The notes beneath the pieces were generated by a model. That model was not told the origin of the DNA. It saw only the letters and a program-made list of their open reading frames with translations, and searched no databases. DNA of 64,000 bases. It comes from an uncultured Candidatus Saccharibacteria bacterium (GTDB lineage Bacteria > Patescibacteriota > Doudnabacteria > UBA920). Where the stretch lies: assembly GCA_964536745.1 (NCBI GenBank), contig CAZHYL010000001.1, positions 76,961 to 140,960 of the forward strand, given 5' to 3'. A program made the translations under genes and the position numbers. Shown piece after piece: positions 54,117 through 63,289 of this stretch; position 1 is the first letter of the stretch, and every line of letters starts with the position of its first letter.

Positions 54117-57100
54117 TTACTGACAAGCCATACAGTCTGGATCATCCAATCGGCACAGTTTAAATTCAGTCTGCAACATGCTTACTGGATCTGGTGCTGT
54201 CTCGGTTACCTCATTAACGACCTGCTCTTCTAAGCCTAGTCTAGAGGATAAATCTTCTGTGACTACAGTAGATTCCATGACTGCTTCGGTTTCGGTAATC
54301 TTAGCAGTAAATGAAGTCTGTGTCTGCATAGCTGTTCCATCTGACCCAAGCACCGTTCCAATAGTAGCTCCTGCCATAGCGATTTCTGGAACTGGTGTAT
54401 TAATTTCCACAGGGGTTGCTAAGGCATCGGCCAATGGGCTAGCGCCACGTAAATGAGTCTTACCAAAAGTAGCGGTGTCCACAGTGGACTTCTCTACCTG
54501 TGATGCTGCCATAGTTCTTAGATAGTAAGTAGTCTTTACGCCCATATCCCAAGCGTACAAGTAAATATCATTAATTTCTTTACCGCTCTTGCCGGCATAG
54601 AAAATATTTAAACTTTGGGATTGATCGATCCATTTACCGCGGAAGGCAGCAGCCTTAATCAACCAACGAGAATCAATTTCAAATACTTCTTTATACTTCT
54701 CTTTTAGGTCCTGAGGGACTTCTGGAATTTCTGTCACCCTTCCATCAAAGAACTTAAGCTTAGTAAGCATATCCTCGTTCCATAAACCACGATCCTTCAA
54801 GTCCTTCACTAAGTAATGGTTTACTACAACGAAGTCTCCAGAAATGTTTGCCTTTACATAAATGTTCTTGTAAATCGGTTCGATAGCAGGAATAGCACCA
54901 GAGATATTAGAAATAGTGGCAGTTGGTGCGATTGCCATACAGTTGGAATTTCGCATACCATGCTCTTTGATGGAATCGCGGACAACACTCCAGTCTAACA
55001 GACCGGTTCGAGACACAGGAATTTGAGTTCCCCTCTCTTCTTCCAGTAAGGCAATCGTATCTACTGGCAAAATACCTCGATCCCACTTTGAGCCACGGAA
55101 ACTTGCATAAGCGCCACGTTCTTTTGCTAATTGCGAAGAAGCTAAAATAGCATAATAGCTAATGGCTTCTTGGCTAGAATCTGCCAACTGAACCATTTCT
55201 TCACTATCAAAGTTGATATTCATCTGATACAACGCATCGTGGAAACCCATTACACCAAGCCCTACAGGACGATGCTTCATATTGGAATTTTTTCCTTCAA
55301 TAGTAGGATAGAAATTTAGGTCGATGACATTATCTAACATTCTCATTGCAACTGTTACTGTGTACTGAATTTTTTGAATATCCAACTGGCCATTCATGAC
55401 ATGACGAGCTAGGTTGATAGACCCTAAGTTACATACAGCAGTTTCATTGCTAGTGGTGTTTAGAGTAATTTCAGTACAAAGGTTGGAGCTGTGGACTACG
55501 CCAACGTGGTCTTGAGGTGAGCGAATATTAGAAGGGTCCTTAAAGGTAACCCAAGGATGACCAGTTTCAAACAACATGGTTAACATTTTCTTCCATAAAT
55601 CTTTTGCTGGCATTTGACGGAACAATCGTAATTCACCAGCCAACCCTAGTTGTTCATATTGTTCGTAGCGTTTTTTGAATTCAACACCATAAAGGTCATG
55701 CAAATCTGGAGTTTCGTCTGGGCTAAACAAGGACCACATTTTATCTTCCTTAACTCTTTGCATAAACAGATCTGGCACCCAATTAGCAGTGTTCATATCA
55801 TGAGTACGACGACGTTCATCACCAGTGTTTTTGCGAAGTTCAAGAAAATCTTCAATATCCCAATGCCAAGATTCTAAGTAAGCACAAGTTGCACCGCGCC
55901 TGCGACCACTTCGATTAATCGCTACAGTTGTGTCGTTAGCAATTTTTAGGAATGGGATTACTCCTTGGCTCTCTACACCGGTTCTTTTAATCTGCGCACC
56001 TGTGCCACGAAGATTACTCCAGTCATTAGCAACGCCGCCTGCCCATTTGGACATTTGAGCGTTATCACCAAGTGACTTAAAGATATTATCTAAATCGTCT
56101 TCAATGGTAGTTAAATAACAAGAAGACAACTGTGGGTGAATTGTTCCAGCGTGGAATAAGGTTGGAGATGAAGGAACAAAGTGAAGAGTGGAAGTAATTC
56201 TGTAAAATTCTACAGCACGAGCTTCTTTGTCGTGCTCTAACAAAGCCACGCCCATTGCCACACGCATCCAAAACATTTGAGGAGTTTCCAAAATCTGCTT
56301 AGTATCGGGGTTTTTTGTGAAGTAACGATCGTATAGTGTTTGTACACCTAAATAATTAAGTAAGTTGTCTCGCTCCATTACTAACTCAGATGCCAAATAC
56401 TCTAAATTGAAAGTAAGCATTCGTGGGTCTAAACGACCAATAGAAACACCTTCTTGAATGCGTTTTATAAACGCCTGCCTCATTTGCTGTTCTACCTTAC
56501 CGCCTGCAAAATCAATTACATCTTCACCGATAACCTCTTTGTATAACTTATTAGTAAGGAGTCTGGCAGCAACGAAAGAATAAGCTGGATCCTTTTCAAT
56601 AAACGACCGAAGTACCATTATTAAAGCTCTCTCAATTTCTGCTGTTTTTATATCTTCGTAAAGTTCTAAACGCAATTGGTTCATAATTGCATTCACATCA
56701 ATATCAGCTGAATATTCACCAAGAATTTTTTCTAAGCTGGCTTTAACTTTATTCACATCGAAAGGTTGCTTTGAACCATCTCTTTTAACAACCATAAACT
56801 CACTAGTGGAAATCTTTTCCAAAACCTCTGCCTGTTTCTGCTGTCTCTCTTTGGTGTGTTCGTAGCGATAAATAATGTAAGCCTTAGCAACCTCAAACAA
56901 ACCCTTTTCCATTAACTTTCGTTCAACTACATTTTGAACATCTTCTACACTTGGAGCAGAGTCAACAAAGTTTGCATCTAAATCTGCAATAACAGCTTTG
57001 GCAATTTCGGTCGTTAAAGACTGATTGGTCTTAAAATAAACTTGTACATAAGCTTTGCTTATTGCAACATCAATTTTATTTGGGTCGAAGTCTACAATTT

Positions 57101-57146
57101 CACCACTTCGCTTTTTAATCTGGGTTAGGTTTTGAGTTTGTATCAT
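54117..57146 (-). CDS. nrdA: Ribonucleotide reductase class I alpha subunit with two N-terminal ATP-cone domains and an extended C-terminal tail
   Basis: Two ATP cones (KKRSGEIVDFDPNKI; VVKRDGSKQPFDVNKV), catalytic motifs (PSSPTLFHAGT, SNLCTEI), C-terminal Cys pairs (CRLDDPDCMACQ). Confidence 0.92.
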   Translation of the reverse strand: MIQTQNLTQIKKRSGEIVDFDPNKIDVAISKAYVQVYFKTNQSLTTEIAKAVIADLDANFVDSAPSVEDVQNVVERKLMEKGLFEVAKAYIIYRYEHTKERQQKQAEVLEKISTSEFMVVKRDGSKQPFDVNKVKASLEKILGEYSADIDVNAIMNQLRLELYEDIKTAEIERALIMVLRSFIEKDPAYSFVAARLLTNKLYKEVIGEDVIDFAGGKVEQQMRQAFIKRIQEGVSIGRLDPRMLTFNLEYLASELVMERDNLLNYLGVQTLYDRYFTKNPDTKQILETPQMFWMRVAMGVALLEHDKEARAVEFYRITSTLHFVPSSPTLFHAGTIHPQLSSCYLTTIEDDLDNIFKSLGDNAQMSKWAGGVANDWSNLRGTGAQIKRTGVESQGVIPFLKIANDTTVAINRSGRRRGATCAYLESWHWDIEDFLELRKNTGDERRRTHDMNTANWVPDLFMQRVKEDKMWSLFSPDETPDLHDLYGVEFKKRYEQYEQLGLAGELRLFRQMPAKDLWKKMLTMLFETGHPWVTFKDPSNIRSPQDHVGVVHSSNLCTEITLNTTSNETAVCNLGSINLARHVMNGQLDIQKIQYTVTVAMRMLDNVIDLNFYPTIEGKNSNMKHRPVGLGVMGFHDALYQMNINFDSEEMVQLADSSQEAISYYAILASSQLAKERGAYASFRGSKWDRGILPVDTIALLEEERGTQIPVSRTGLLDWSVVRDSIKEHGMRNSNCMAIAPTATISNISGAIPAIEPIYKNIYVKANISGDFVVVNHYLVKDLKDRGLWNEDMLTKLKFFDGRVTEIPEVPQDLKEKYKEVFEIDSRWLIKAAAFRGKWIDQSQSLNIFYAGKSGKEINDIYLYAWDMGVKTTYYLRTMAASQVEKSTVDTATFGKTHLRGASPLADALATPVEINTPVPEIAMAGATIGTVLGSDGTAMQTQTSFTAKITETEAVMESTVVTEDLSSRLGLEEQVVNEVTETAPDPVSMLQTEFKLCRLDDPDCMACQ

Positions 57147-57175
57147 GTGTTTAGGTTGTTAATTTGTTTTCTTAG

Positions 57176-57622
57176 TTATAACTTAAGGATTTCTTCTTTA
57201 AATGCTTTGATATCTTCGAATTGACGATAGACACTGGCGAATCTTATATAGGCGACCTTATCGACTTTTCGAATTACTTTCATTACTATCTCGCCGATTT
57301 GTTCACTAGGAATCTCGCCGTTACAAGCTTTCTTCTGTATCTCTTGCTCGGCTTCGGAAACTACTTTTCGAAACATATAATCGGTAAGGTTCCTTTTCTC
57401 GAAAGCACGGCGCAAACCACGTTCTAATTTATCTCGGACATAAGGCTGTTTGGTACCATCACGTTTTACAACTGTAAGGTCTAAAATTTCGATCTGCTCA
57501 TAAGTTGAAAATCTGAATTCGCATTTTTCACACTCTCTGCGCCTACGAATTGCTCCAGCATCATCCACTGGTCTTGAGTCCACCACTTTAGTGTCTTGGT
57601 TAAGACATTTTGGACATTTCAT
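57176..57622 (-). CDS. nrdR: Transcriptional repressor NrdR
   Basis: Zinc ribbon CPKC...CEKC plus an ATP-cone (VVKRDGTKQPY). Confidence 0.9.
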   Translation of the reverse strand: MKCPKCLNQDTKVVDSRPVDDAGAIRRRRECEKCEFRFSTYEQIEILDLTVVKRDGTKQPYVRDKLERGLRRAFEKRNLTDYMFRKVVSEAEQEIQKKACNGEIPSEQIGEIVMKVIRKVDKVAYIRFASVYRQFEDIKAFKEEILKL

Positions 57623-57677
57623 AAATTTATTATGGCCAAAACATAATAATTATTACGATTTGGCCAATTGATTAAAA

Positions 57678-57725
57678 ACACAACATTTAGTGTATATAAT
57701 AGAATTATACCCCTAGATGTTGTGT
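57678..57725. promoter_or_regulatory. Tandem NrdR boxes (ACACAACATTTAGTGT and, on the opposite strand, ACACAACATCTAGGGG), centres 32 bp apart
   Basis: Two ACAC...GTGT-type 16-mers at the canonical three-helical-turn spacing, 56-103 nt upstream of nrdR. Confidence 0.55.
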
Positions 57726-57732
57726 TGGCCAA
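57704..57732 (-). promoter_or_regulatory. Putative nrdR-nrdAB promoter (minus strand: TTGGCC-17-TATAAT) interleaved with the NrdR boxes
   Basis: Perfect -10 TATAAT abutting box 2; the -35 matches the consensus at 4 of 6 positions. Confidence 0.4.
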
Positions 57733-57844
57733 ATTTTGCTTGGTTGTGCGACAGAACCACAATTAGGCACGACTTAGGTACTTTTTATGACCCTGCGACC
57801 GTCGGTCTCGATGGACATTTTACTTATCCACACGGAAATAAAAA

Positions 57845-57873
57845 TCCCCATCGGGGGACTTTATTTTTTCTTA
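57845..57873 (-). terminator. Putative terminator (minus strand) after the 2-hydroxyacid dehydrogenase gene
   Basis: tcccc-atc-gggga hairpin with a U-run on the minus strand. Confidence 0.4.
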
Positions 57874-57916
57874 CACAACCCTACTTAACTTAACAACCCA
57901 AAGTCGGCTGGAAATT

Positions 57917-58900
57917 TTAGATTATGGTTTTTATCTTTTGTCCTTTTCCAAAAGCTGAAATTAACTCGATTGTATGCCTAAAAATTCTCTCTGCAGATTC
58001 AACGGTGGCGTGGGCAATGTGAGGAGTAAAAAGTACTTTTGGGTGTTTTGCTAACAATTTTTGAAATACCACGATCTGCCTCTGGCTAGGGGTAAGTTTG
58101 CTCTTTTTCATGGTCATCCATGCCTCATGTTCCAACACATCTGCTGCGTAACCAAAAAGCTTCCCAGAGTTCAAAGCTCTAAGGAGAGCTTTTTCACTAA
58201 CTACACTCCCTCGAGCAGTATTTATTAACAACATACCTGGTTTTGCATGAGAAAGCAGTTGGTTATTCACCAAATTTTCGGTCATTGGCGTTGCAGGGAC
58301 ATGTAGAGTAACAATATCAGAACGTCCAAAAACCTGTTTTAGACTCATGTACTTAATTTTGGTATGTTTTATTAAATCTGAATTTTTGTGGTTATCAAAA
58401 CCAACAACTTCCATACCGAACTCCTTAGCAATCTGAGCGACCTTCGCGCCAATTGCTCCAGTTCCCACTACTCCCAAAGTTTTTCCTGCTAACTCCATGC
58501 CAGTAAGGTCTGGATCATTAAAGTCCATAACTAGCCCAGCCTTTGCTCCTGCTACCAACTTGCGATACATACCAAGCATTAATGTAACCGTAAACTCTGC
58601 CACAGAGACCGCATTAAGTCCTGGACAGTTAACCACCTGCACTCCAAATCGCTTGCAAGCCGAAAGGTCGATATGATCGTACCCAGCTGTTCTAGCAATG
58701 ATTAATTTTAAATTTGGCAATTTCTTTACGATATCACCTGTTACTACAGAATCTGTATGAATAGTTAATATCTGACAATCCTTTGGCGGTAAATTAGTAA
58801 GACTCAAAGAACCAGACATATTCTTCACAGTCCACTTTTTAAATTGCTTCTTAAGAAGTGTGGCCTGAGATTTTTTTAAACCATAGTTTACTAAATACAT
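57917..58900 (-). CDS. D-isomer-specific 2-hydroxyacid dehydrogenase (hydroxypyruvate/glycerate dehydrogenase-like)
   Basis: NAD-binding GVVGTGAIGAKVA, catalytic His/Glu/Arg region (TPHIAHATVESAER). Confidence 0.8.
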   Translation of the reverse strand: MYLVNYGLKKSQATLLKKQFKKWTVKNMSGSLSLTNLPPKDCQILTIHTDSVVTGDIVKKLPNLKLIIARTAGYDHIDLSACKRFGVQVVNCPGLNAVSVAEFTVTLMLGMYRKLVAGAKAGLVMDFNDPDLTGMELAGKTLGVVGTGAIGAKVAQIAKEFGMEVVGFDNHKNSDLIKHTKIKYMSLKQVFGRSDIVTLHVPATPMTENLVNNQLLSHAKPGMLLINTARGSVVSEKALLRALNSGKLFGYAADVLEHEAWMTMKKSKLTPSQRQIVVFQKLLAKHPKVLFTPHIAHATVESAERIFRHTIELISAFGKGQKIKTII

Positions 58901-58909
58901 ATAAATTAA

Positions 58910-60199
58910 TTAATTTCGAATGCAAACAATTAAATCGGAAATGTTTGAACCGGTGATGCCGGTCATGATCGCACTATTTAATTCCAAAACAATATTATAT
59001 TCATCATGTCGACTCAAAGCCTCCTTTAAATCGATCCCCAATGCCTTTGCTTTTTGCATTGAACTAGCATCAACAATTGCTCCAGCCACATCGCTATTAT
59101 CTCTACCGTCTGATGCTAGCGTAGCAAAGACAGTATCTGGAGGTAAACTGGTTAACGCGACTAAAGCTAATTCCTGATTTCTTCCACCACTACCTTTCGC
59201 CGTGCCTGGTTTAATAGTAACCACACTTTCACCACCAGCCAGCCAGCACTCATTAGACTTTATACTGCTGGTAATTTCTTTGGCTATATCTGAAGCTTCT
59301 CCACTGAAAGCAGATTGCCAAATCTTAGGTTTAAGACCGAGATCAGCAGCTTTATTTTCCATTGCCGAAAGAGCAGTTTCGCTACTACAAAACAGAAAAT
59401 TATGGACATTTGTGAAATAAATCGCTTCTTTAGGAGTTTCCACCAAACCACAATGATTCATCTTACATCGATCCAAAATCTTATATTTATTTAACACTGC
59501 CATTGCATCGTTCATGGTTGTATTATCCAAAACCGTAGGGCCACTAGCGACTTCAGAAAGCGCGTTACCAGGCACGTCACTAAAAATTAGACCTATCACC
59601 GTAGCAGGATATGCCAATTTCGCCAAACTTCCACCCTTTACCTTGCTTAGATGCTTCCGAACGGTATTCATTTCCCCAATGGTACTGCCCGCATCCATCA
59701 ACGCTTGAATAATACTCCTCTCTTCTTCTAACGATACGCTCTTAGGACCACATAATAAACTACTTCCCCCACCACCAATAATCGCAATTACTAAATCTTC
59801 TTCAGTTAGTTTTTCTAACATCGAGACAATCTCATCGGTTGCTTGAGTGTTTGCTGTACTTGGTAAAGGATGAGTCCCAACTCTTGATTCTAAAATTTTA
59901 AAATTAGCGGGAACTATATCGATTACTAATCCTCCAGACAATCTTGCCCCCAACTTACGTTCGATCACCGTAGCTGCATTTGCTGCTATTTTTCCGGCTC
60001 CCACCACAACCACATTTTTATACTTAGATAACAAAAATTCCTGACCCATGACATACAGTATGTCTTTTTTTGCATCATATGCAAATTGATTGTCGGTAAC
60101 TTTTTCTGTATCGATCGCGTTAAGCCCCGCTTCTAAAATCCGCAAACATTGCTTGCGGAGTTCAGACGTTGCCAGACTTTCAAAATTCTTTATTCTCAT
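58910..60199 (-). CDS. Glycerate 2-kinase, MOFRL family (DUF4147 plus MOFRL domains)
   Basis: N-terminal LRILEAGLNAID...VVVVGAGKIAANAA pattern and the C-terminal MOFRL region; 429 aa. Confidence 0.75.
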   Translation of the reverse strand: MRIKNFESLATSELRKQCLRILEAGLNAIDTEKVTDNQFAYDAKKDILYVMGQEFLLSKYKNVVVVGAGKIAANAATVIERKLGARLSGGLVIDIVPANFKILESRVGTHPLPSTANTQATDEIVSMLEKLTEEDLVIAIIGGGGSSLLCGPKSVSLEEERSIIQALMDAGSTIGEMNTVRKHLSKVKGGSLAKLAYPATVIGLIFSDVPGNALSEVASGPTVLDNTTMNDAMAVLNKYKILDRCKMNHCGLVETPKEAIYFTNVHNFLFCSSETALSAMENKAADLGLKPKIWQSAFSGEASDIAKEITSSIKSNECWLAGGESVVTIKPGTAKGSGGRNQELALVALTSLPPDTVFATLASDGRDNSDVAGAIVDASSMQKAKALGIDLKEALSRHDEYNIVLELNSAIMTGITGSNISDLIVCIRN

Positions 60200-60462
60200 T
60201 CTTTAAGCTTTGGTTTCTTACTCGGACCGATTAATTGTACTGCCCCAAAACCTGCGATTATGAGTAACCCAATAGCTCCAAAAACATAAACTACCTTAGT
60301 CTTGTTAAAGTTTGAAATTGCTTCTTTTTTGGCAGTGGTGCTTGCTTCCTCTTGTGTAAGAATTCTCCTGTTACCTTTAACAGTAGTTTCTGGACTAAGT
60401 TGAGCAAAAGCTAGTTGAGGAATTAAAAGTAAAGTGAAAATGATAATTGAAATATATTTCAT
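60196..60462 (-). CDS. Small secreted protein with a C-terminal TM anchor and basic tail; last gene of the pilin operon
   Basis: Signal peptide (LLLIPQLAFA), C-terminal TM helix plus KKPKLKE; ATGA overlaps on both sides. Confidence 0.4.
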   Translation of the reverse strand: MKYISIIIFTLLLIPQLAFAQLSPETTVKGNRRILTQEEASTTAKKEAISNFNKTKVVYVFGAIGLLIIAGFGAVQLIGPSKKPKLKE

Positions 60463-62219
60463 GGGACAATAATATAAGTTCCATCTACTTTGGCCCAGCT
60501 CCCTCCAGGACCATTCGAAAATGTTACACTAGCCAAACCAGATTGATATGTGATCGTAGAATTATTACTTAAATCTATACCGTATCCTGTAAGCTGGTAG
60601 GCGCCGGCATTATTGGATACCAAAACCCTACCACGAGAAGCATAGTAAATTGCTCCAGAGGTGTTATTACTCAAACTGATTGCTGTATTACCGGAGTTAG
60701 TTGAAAGTACTAACGGATAGCTGCCAGCAAAGTTATTACCAACAATGTCTGCATTATTACCGATGTAAATCAATCCTTTTGTGCTCGGACTGCTGGTACT
60801 ATCTGCAATAATCGCAACACCATTGGCGCCTAAGCTTTGGTCGATTCGGATAATTGAGTTATTACTCACACTAATATCTCCGTCAACCCATATAGGTCCA
60901 GTTATGTATAAAGTAACATTATTGTTTAAGGTTAAATTGCCAGAAATTTTTAAAGGACCAATTGTAGCAGTTTGACCATTTGTTAAACTATAATTTCCAT
61001 TATAAGTTCCACCGCTTTCAGCTACAGACTTCCATTCATCAATTTGTGATTGGGAGATTGGCATCGATTGCTGTGGGGAGTCCGGCTCACCAGAATGAGT
61101 TGTACCTGAAACCGAGCAAGAATTCGTTGTATCAAAGTACGCATCACCACCCACGGTACAGCCAGTCATAGAATGAGCCCTAGCATCTCCGGCAACACTA
61201 ACTCCGCTTAAGCTGGTAGTAGCACCACCCATATAAGTTTTAAAGTTCAAATCTTTACTAATAGCTGCCCAAGATGGTGTGGACCAAGTGCTGGTAGATT
61301 TTGCAGTGCCTGTGGTACAACTATCGTTACTATCGGTTGCCCAGCTATAGTAATTACTTGTAGTACTGGCAGTATCCAACAAAAGCCAATAACTAGTACC
61401 AGAAGTTAAGTTCGGATTAGTAGAAAAAGTTGCATCAACCCAACCATAATTAGTAGTTACGCTTGAACTGGCAATTGTTCCTGAACCACCAACTTGGGTT
61501 GTACTTGGCGACCCTGCATTATCCGTAACCACACGAACTGTTATATTACTTGGAGATCCAGACTTTTTAATGTAAACGCTAACTTTAGTGAGTACCGTTG
61601 TTACACTAGAAGTAAACTTCTGAGCAACATCTCGTTTTGCTGTAGCATTAAAATCATAATTTCCACCATTTGTAGTACACTGCTGATCTATTGTAGGATT
61701 GCCACCGCCTGCAACAGTTGCATCACCACTGATATCTCCGGATCCAGAAATACTACCATTGGAGTAAACATTTCCTGTAATAGTAGAATTATTCCCCATC
61801 GTTAATCCGCCCTCACCGACTTGCACACCAAAATTAAAGGCAACATTAGATAAGTCCAAAGTCACATTCATTTTAACAGTCACTTGCGATGTAGGATTCG
61901 AACTGTCAGGGATGTAGGCAGTGGAAACAATTTGTTTATTATTTGCATCAATCGAAGTCACGGAAGTAGTAAACTCACCCGGACCAAAAGCAACATCCGC
62001 CTCACCGTTAAATGATGAGTCTTGATTGAGTTCATAAATTGCTTTGTCTATTCCGGCTTCAGCTAAATTTAAAGCTTGGCTCTGTGATACTGCCTGCCTG
62101 CTCGATTTTATTTGCAGGGTTGTGTATCCCCAAAGTGATGCAGACATAGTAAGAAGCACTGCCATTATCACAATGCCTAAGATTAAAATTTGCCCTTGTT
62201 GTTTGGGTTTGTTAATCAT
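60459..62219 (-). CDS. Large (586 aa) pilin-like protein with an N-terminal hydrophobic helix and a Ser/Thr/Gly/Asn-rich beta domain (putative pilus tip or minor pilin adhesin)
   Basis: N-terminus KPKQQGQILILGIVIMAVLL resembles a degenerate prepilin leader; overlaps the upstream pilin gene by 4 nt. Confidence 0.5.
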   Translation of the reverse strand: MINKPKQQGQILILGIVIMAVLLTMSASLWGYTTLQIKSSRQAVSQSQALNLAEAGIDKAIYELNQDSSFNGEADVAFGPGEFTTSVTSIDANNKQIVSTAYIPDSSNPTSQVTVKMNVTLDLSNVAFNFGVQVGEGGLTMGNNSTITGNVYSNGSISGSGDISGDATVAGGGNPTIDQQCTTNGGNYDFNATAKRDVAQKFTSSVTTVLTKVSVYIKKSGSPSNITVRVVTDNAGSPSTTQVGGSGTIASSSVTTNYGWVDATFSTNPNLTSGTSYWLLLDTASTTSNYYSWATDSNDSCTTGTAKSTSTWSTPSWAAISKDLNFKTYMGGATTSLSGVSVAGDARAHSMTGCTVGGDAYFDTTNSCSVSGTTHSGEPDSPQQSMPISQSQIDEWKSVAESGGTYNGNYSLTNGQTATIGPLKISGNLTLNNNVTLYITGPIWVDGDISVSNNSIIRIDQSLGANGVAIIADSTSSPSTKGLIYIGNNADIVGNNFAGSYPLVLSTNSGNTAISLSNNTSGAIYYASRGRVLVSNNAGAYQLTGYGIDLSNNSTITYQSGLASVTFSNGPGGSWAKVDGTYIIVP

Positions 62220-62788
62220 TTGTTTCGTAAAAAGATAGTTTCCTGAAGAGTAGAAGTGACAGATTGATTACCCCTGTAAGCGGCTTGGGTAGTTACAACT
62301 ACACTCACTTCACTTGCCGCCGTGACATCACCATTGTTATAAGTTAGTGAGAATGAATTTAATTTATCGCTTAAAATTTTTGTACCGGCTGGTCGAGCGC
62401 TTCCTGACCCAGCTTCAGTAATTTGATACAAATTTGTGCCAGTGGAATAGTAAGCAACGTAATCATAAACTGAAGGAATCAAATCCCCACTACTACTATA
62501 AGCGGGGAGTTGAACAACTACACTTCCTCCCCCAGTAGTGTAATTTGTGCCGTTGATAGTTCTGGAAGATTCTAATCTAATACCTTGAGCTAAAGTGAAG
62601 GTTAAACTATTCATCGCGGTTCGCGCACTCCCTGTTGCTTGAACCTCTGCTTGTTCAAAATTGTAAATTTTATTTTGCCAATCAAAAATACTTAACAAGC
62701 CAAGCAATAAAATGGTAAACAATGCAATTACGATTGAGACTTCAATAATTGTGAAGCCATTTTGTTGTTTTACCGAGTTAGAAATCAT
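62216..62788 (-). CDS. Type IV pilin/pseudopilin with a class III signal peptide
   Basis: QQNGFTIIEVSIVIALFTILLLGL matches the canonical prepilin peptidase site G|FT(L/I)IE plus the hydrophobic alpha1 helix. Confidence 0.75.
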   Translation of the reverse strand: MISNSVKQQNGFTIIEVSIVIALFTILLLGLLSIFDWQNKIYNFEQAEVQATGSARTAMNSLTFTLAQGIRLESSRTINGTNYTTGGGSVVVQLPAYSSSGDLIPSVYDYVAYYSTGTNLYQITEAGSGSARPAGTKILSDKLNSFSLTYNNGDVTAASEVSVVVTTQAAYRGNQSVTSTLQETIFLRNK

Positions 62789-63186
62789 TTACCTAACCCC
62801 CCTTGCCAGATATAACTTGATAAACTGACTTGTTGACTTCCGGTTCCAGTAGTATTGTTCCATGTTACTGTTACCACAGCCTCGGTTAATCCATCCTGAA
62901 CCTCTGTTAACGTCATCTGACCTGCGCCATTCGGAATTTCTGATAGCTGACTATTGTTAAAGCTACCCGAAGCAGGAAGGCTTCCATAAGGAGTGGTGCG
63001 CAGATCTTGCAACTGGTGCTCGGCAACTCGCAAAGCAACTTCTTTATATTTATTGTACTTGTTTAGTACTACAGAATTCGAAACCACCTGAAATAAAAGA
63101 AGAGTTACCCCAATCAAAAATATGGTGATAACCACCTCAAGAATCCCAAAACCTTTTTGATTTATTTTTTTATGATTTACAAACAC
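62785..63186 (-). CDS. Type IV minor pilin/pseudopilin-like protein
   Basis: NQKGFGILEVVITIFLIGVTLLLF has a G|FxxLE prepilin-like N-terminus; 133 aa; first gene of the operon. Confidence 0.65.
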   Translation of the reverse strand: MFVNHKKINQKGFGILEVVITIFLIGVTLLLFQVVSNSVVLNKYNKYKEVALRVAEHQLQDLRTTPYGSLPASGSFNNSQLSEIPNGAGQMTLTEVQDGLTEAVVTVTWNNTTGTGSQQVSLSSYIWQGGLGK

Positions 63187-63253
63187 TTTTTTATTTCGTT
63201 ATATAAGGGACTTTCATGTATATAATATCACGAAACCACCCTTTATTCATAGA

Positions 63254-63289
63254 GAAATAAAAAACGACTTACTTAGTCTGTAAGTCGTT
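63254..63289 (-). terminator. Rho-independent terminator (minus strand) overlapping the stop codon of the 194-aa gene
   Basis: 10-bp stem aacgacttac/gtaagtcgtt with a U-run on the minus strand. Confidence 0.45.
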
